A DNA stretch of 64,000 nt, from contig CM022675.1 of the NCBI GenBank assembly GCA_012295275.1, positions 5,828,001 to 5,892,000 of the forward strand, read 5' to 3'. The notes below the pieces were generated by a model, which saw only the letters and a program-made list of their open reading frames with translations, was not told where the DNA came from and did not search any database. The translations under genes and the position numbers were made by a program. This DNA is from Chrysomallon squamiferum (lineage: Eukaryota > Animalia > Mollusca). Each line of letters starts with the position of its first letter. Positions within the stretch are counted from its first letter, which is position 1. Positions 63,651-64,000 of this stretch are shown here, in pieces.

Positions 63651-64000
63651 TGTTACTAAGGCTTATATATATATAGATACACACACATAATATTAAAAAA
63701 AGAGAACATTTAGGAATAATATGAGATCATTTTATTAGACCACCTGAACCACGTGTACTTATTTCCAGTTAAAACAATCCGGTTTAACATAACCTGTGAT
63801 GTGTGCTTCTAACTGTGGGAAGCTGCATATAAATAACCTTTTTGCTAATAGTAATATTAACCTTAATAATAATAATAATAACAACAACAACAACAACAAC
63901 AACTACAACCGTAGTAGTAGCAGTAGTAGTAGTATAATGGTAGTAATAGTGGAATTTGTTGTTGTTATATACTCGTGTACTAAAGTATTCTCTCATAAAA

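Overview
AT-rich, microsatellite-dense animal genomic DNA; the style suggests an invertebrate, possibly a mollusc, but that is inference only. Two related intron-rich genes lie on the minus strand. Gene A (ATG 63045 to stop 31123) has 42 coding exons traced by hand, all GT-AG and phase-compatible, giving about 2204 aa. It encodes a type-I membrane mucin-4/SUSD2-like protein: signal peptide, propeptide, EGF, NIDO, AMOP, VWD (GDPH), cadherin/Ig-like domain, a long EGF/cbEGF stalk, SEA, TM and an NPxY-containing tail. Gene B (ATG 17830, running off the window start) is a rearranged daughter of A. It keeps A's upstream region and signal-peptide exons, lacks the NIDO-AMOP-VWD head, and is rebuilt from two kinds of tandemly amplified phase-1 EGF exon cassettes (5 x ~2.35-2.64 kb and at least 2 x ~2.97 kb) that include chimeric exons and dead pseudo-exons. 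Other patterns: about nine splice junctions in the 3' half of A have been locally tandem-duplicated into decoy splice-site arrays; there is a sharp CpG-rich to CpG-poor switch inside A near 52.3 kb; and there are several transposon relics (FLYWCH-MULEs, one inserted in B's upstream region with a 9-bp TSD, an internally deleted Tc1/mariner, a hAT MITE, LINE 3' ends). Most ORFs in the supplied track are microsatellite artefacts.
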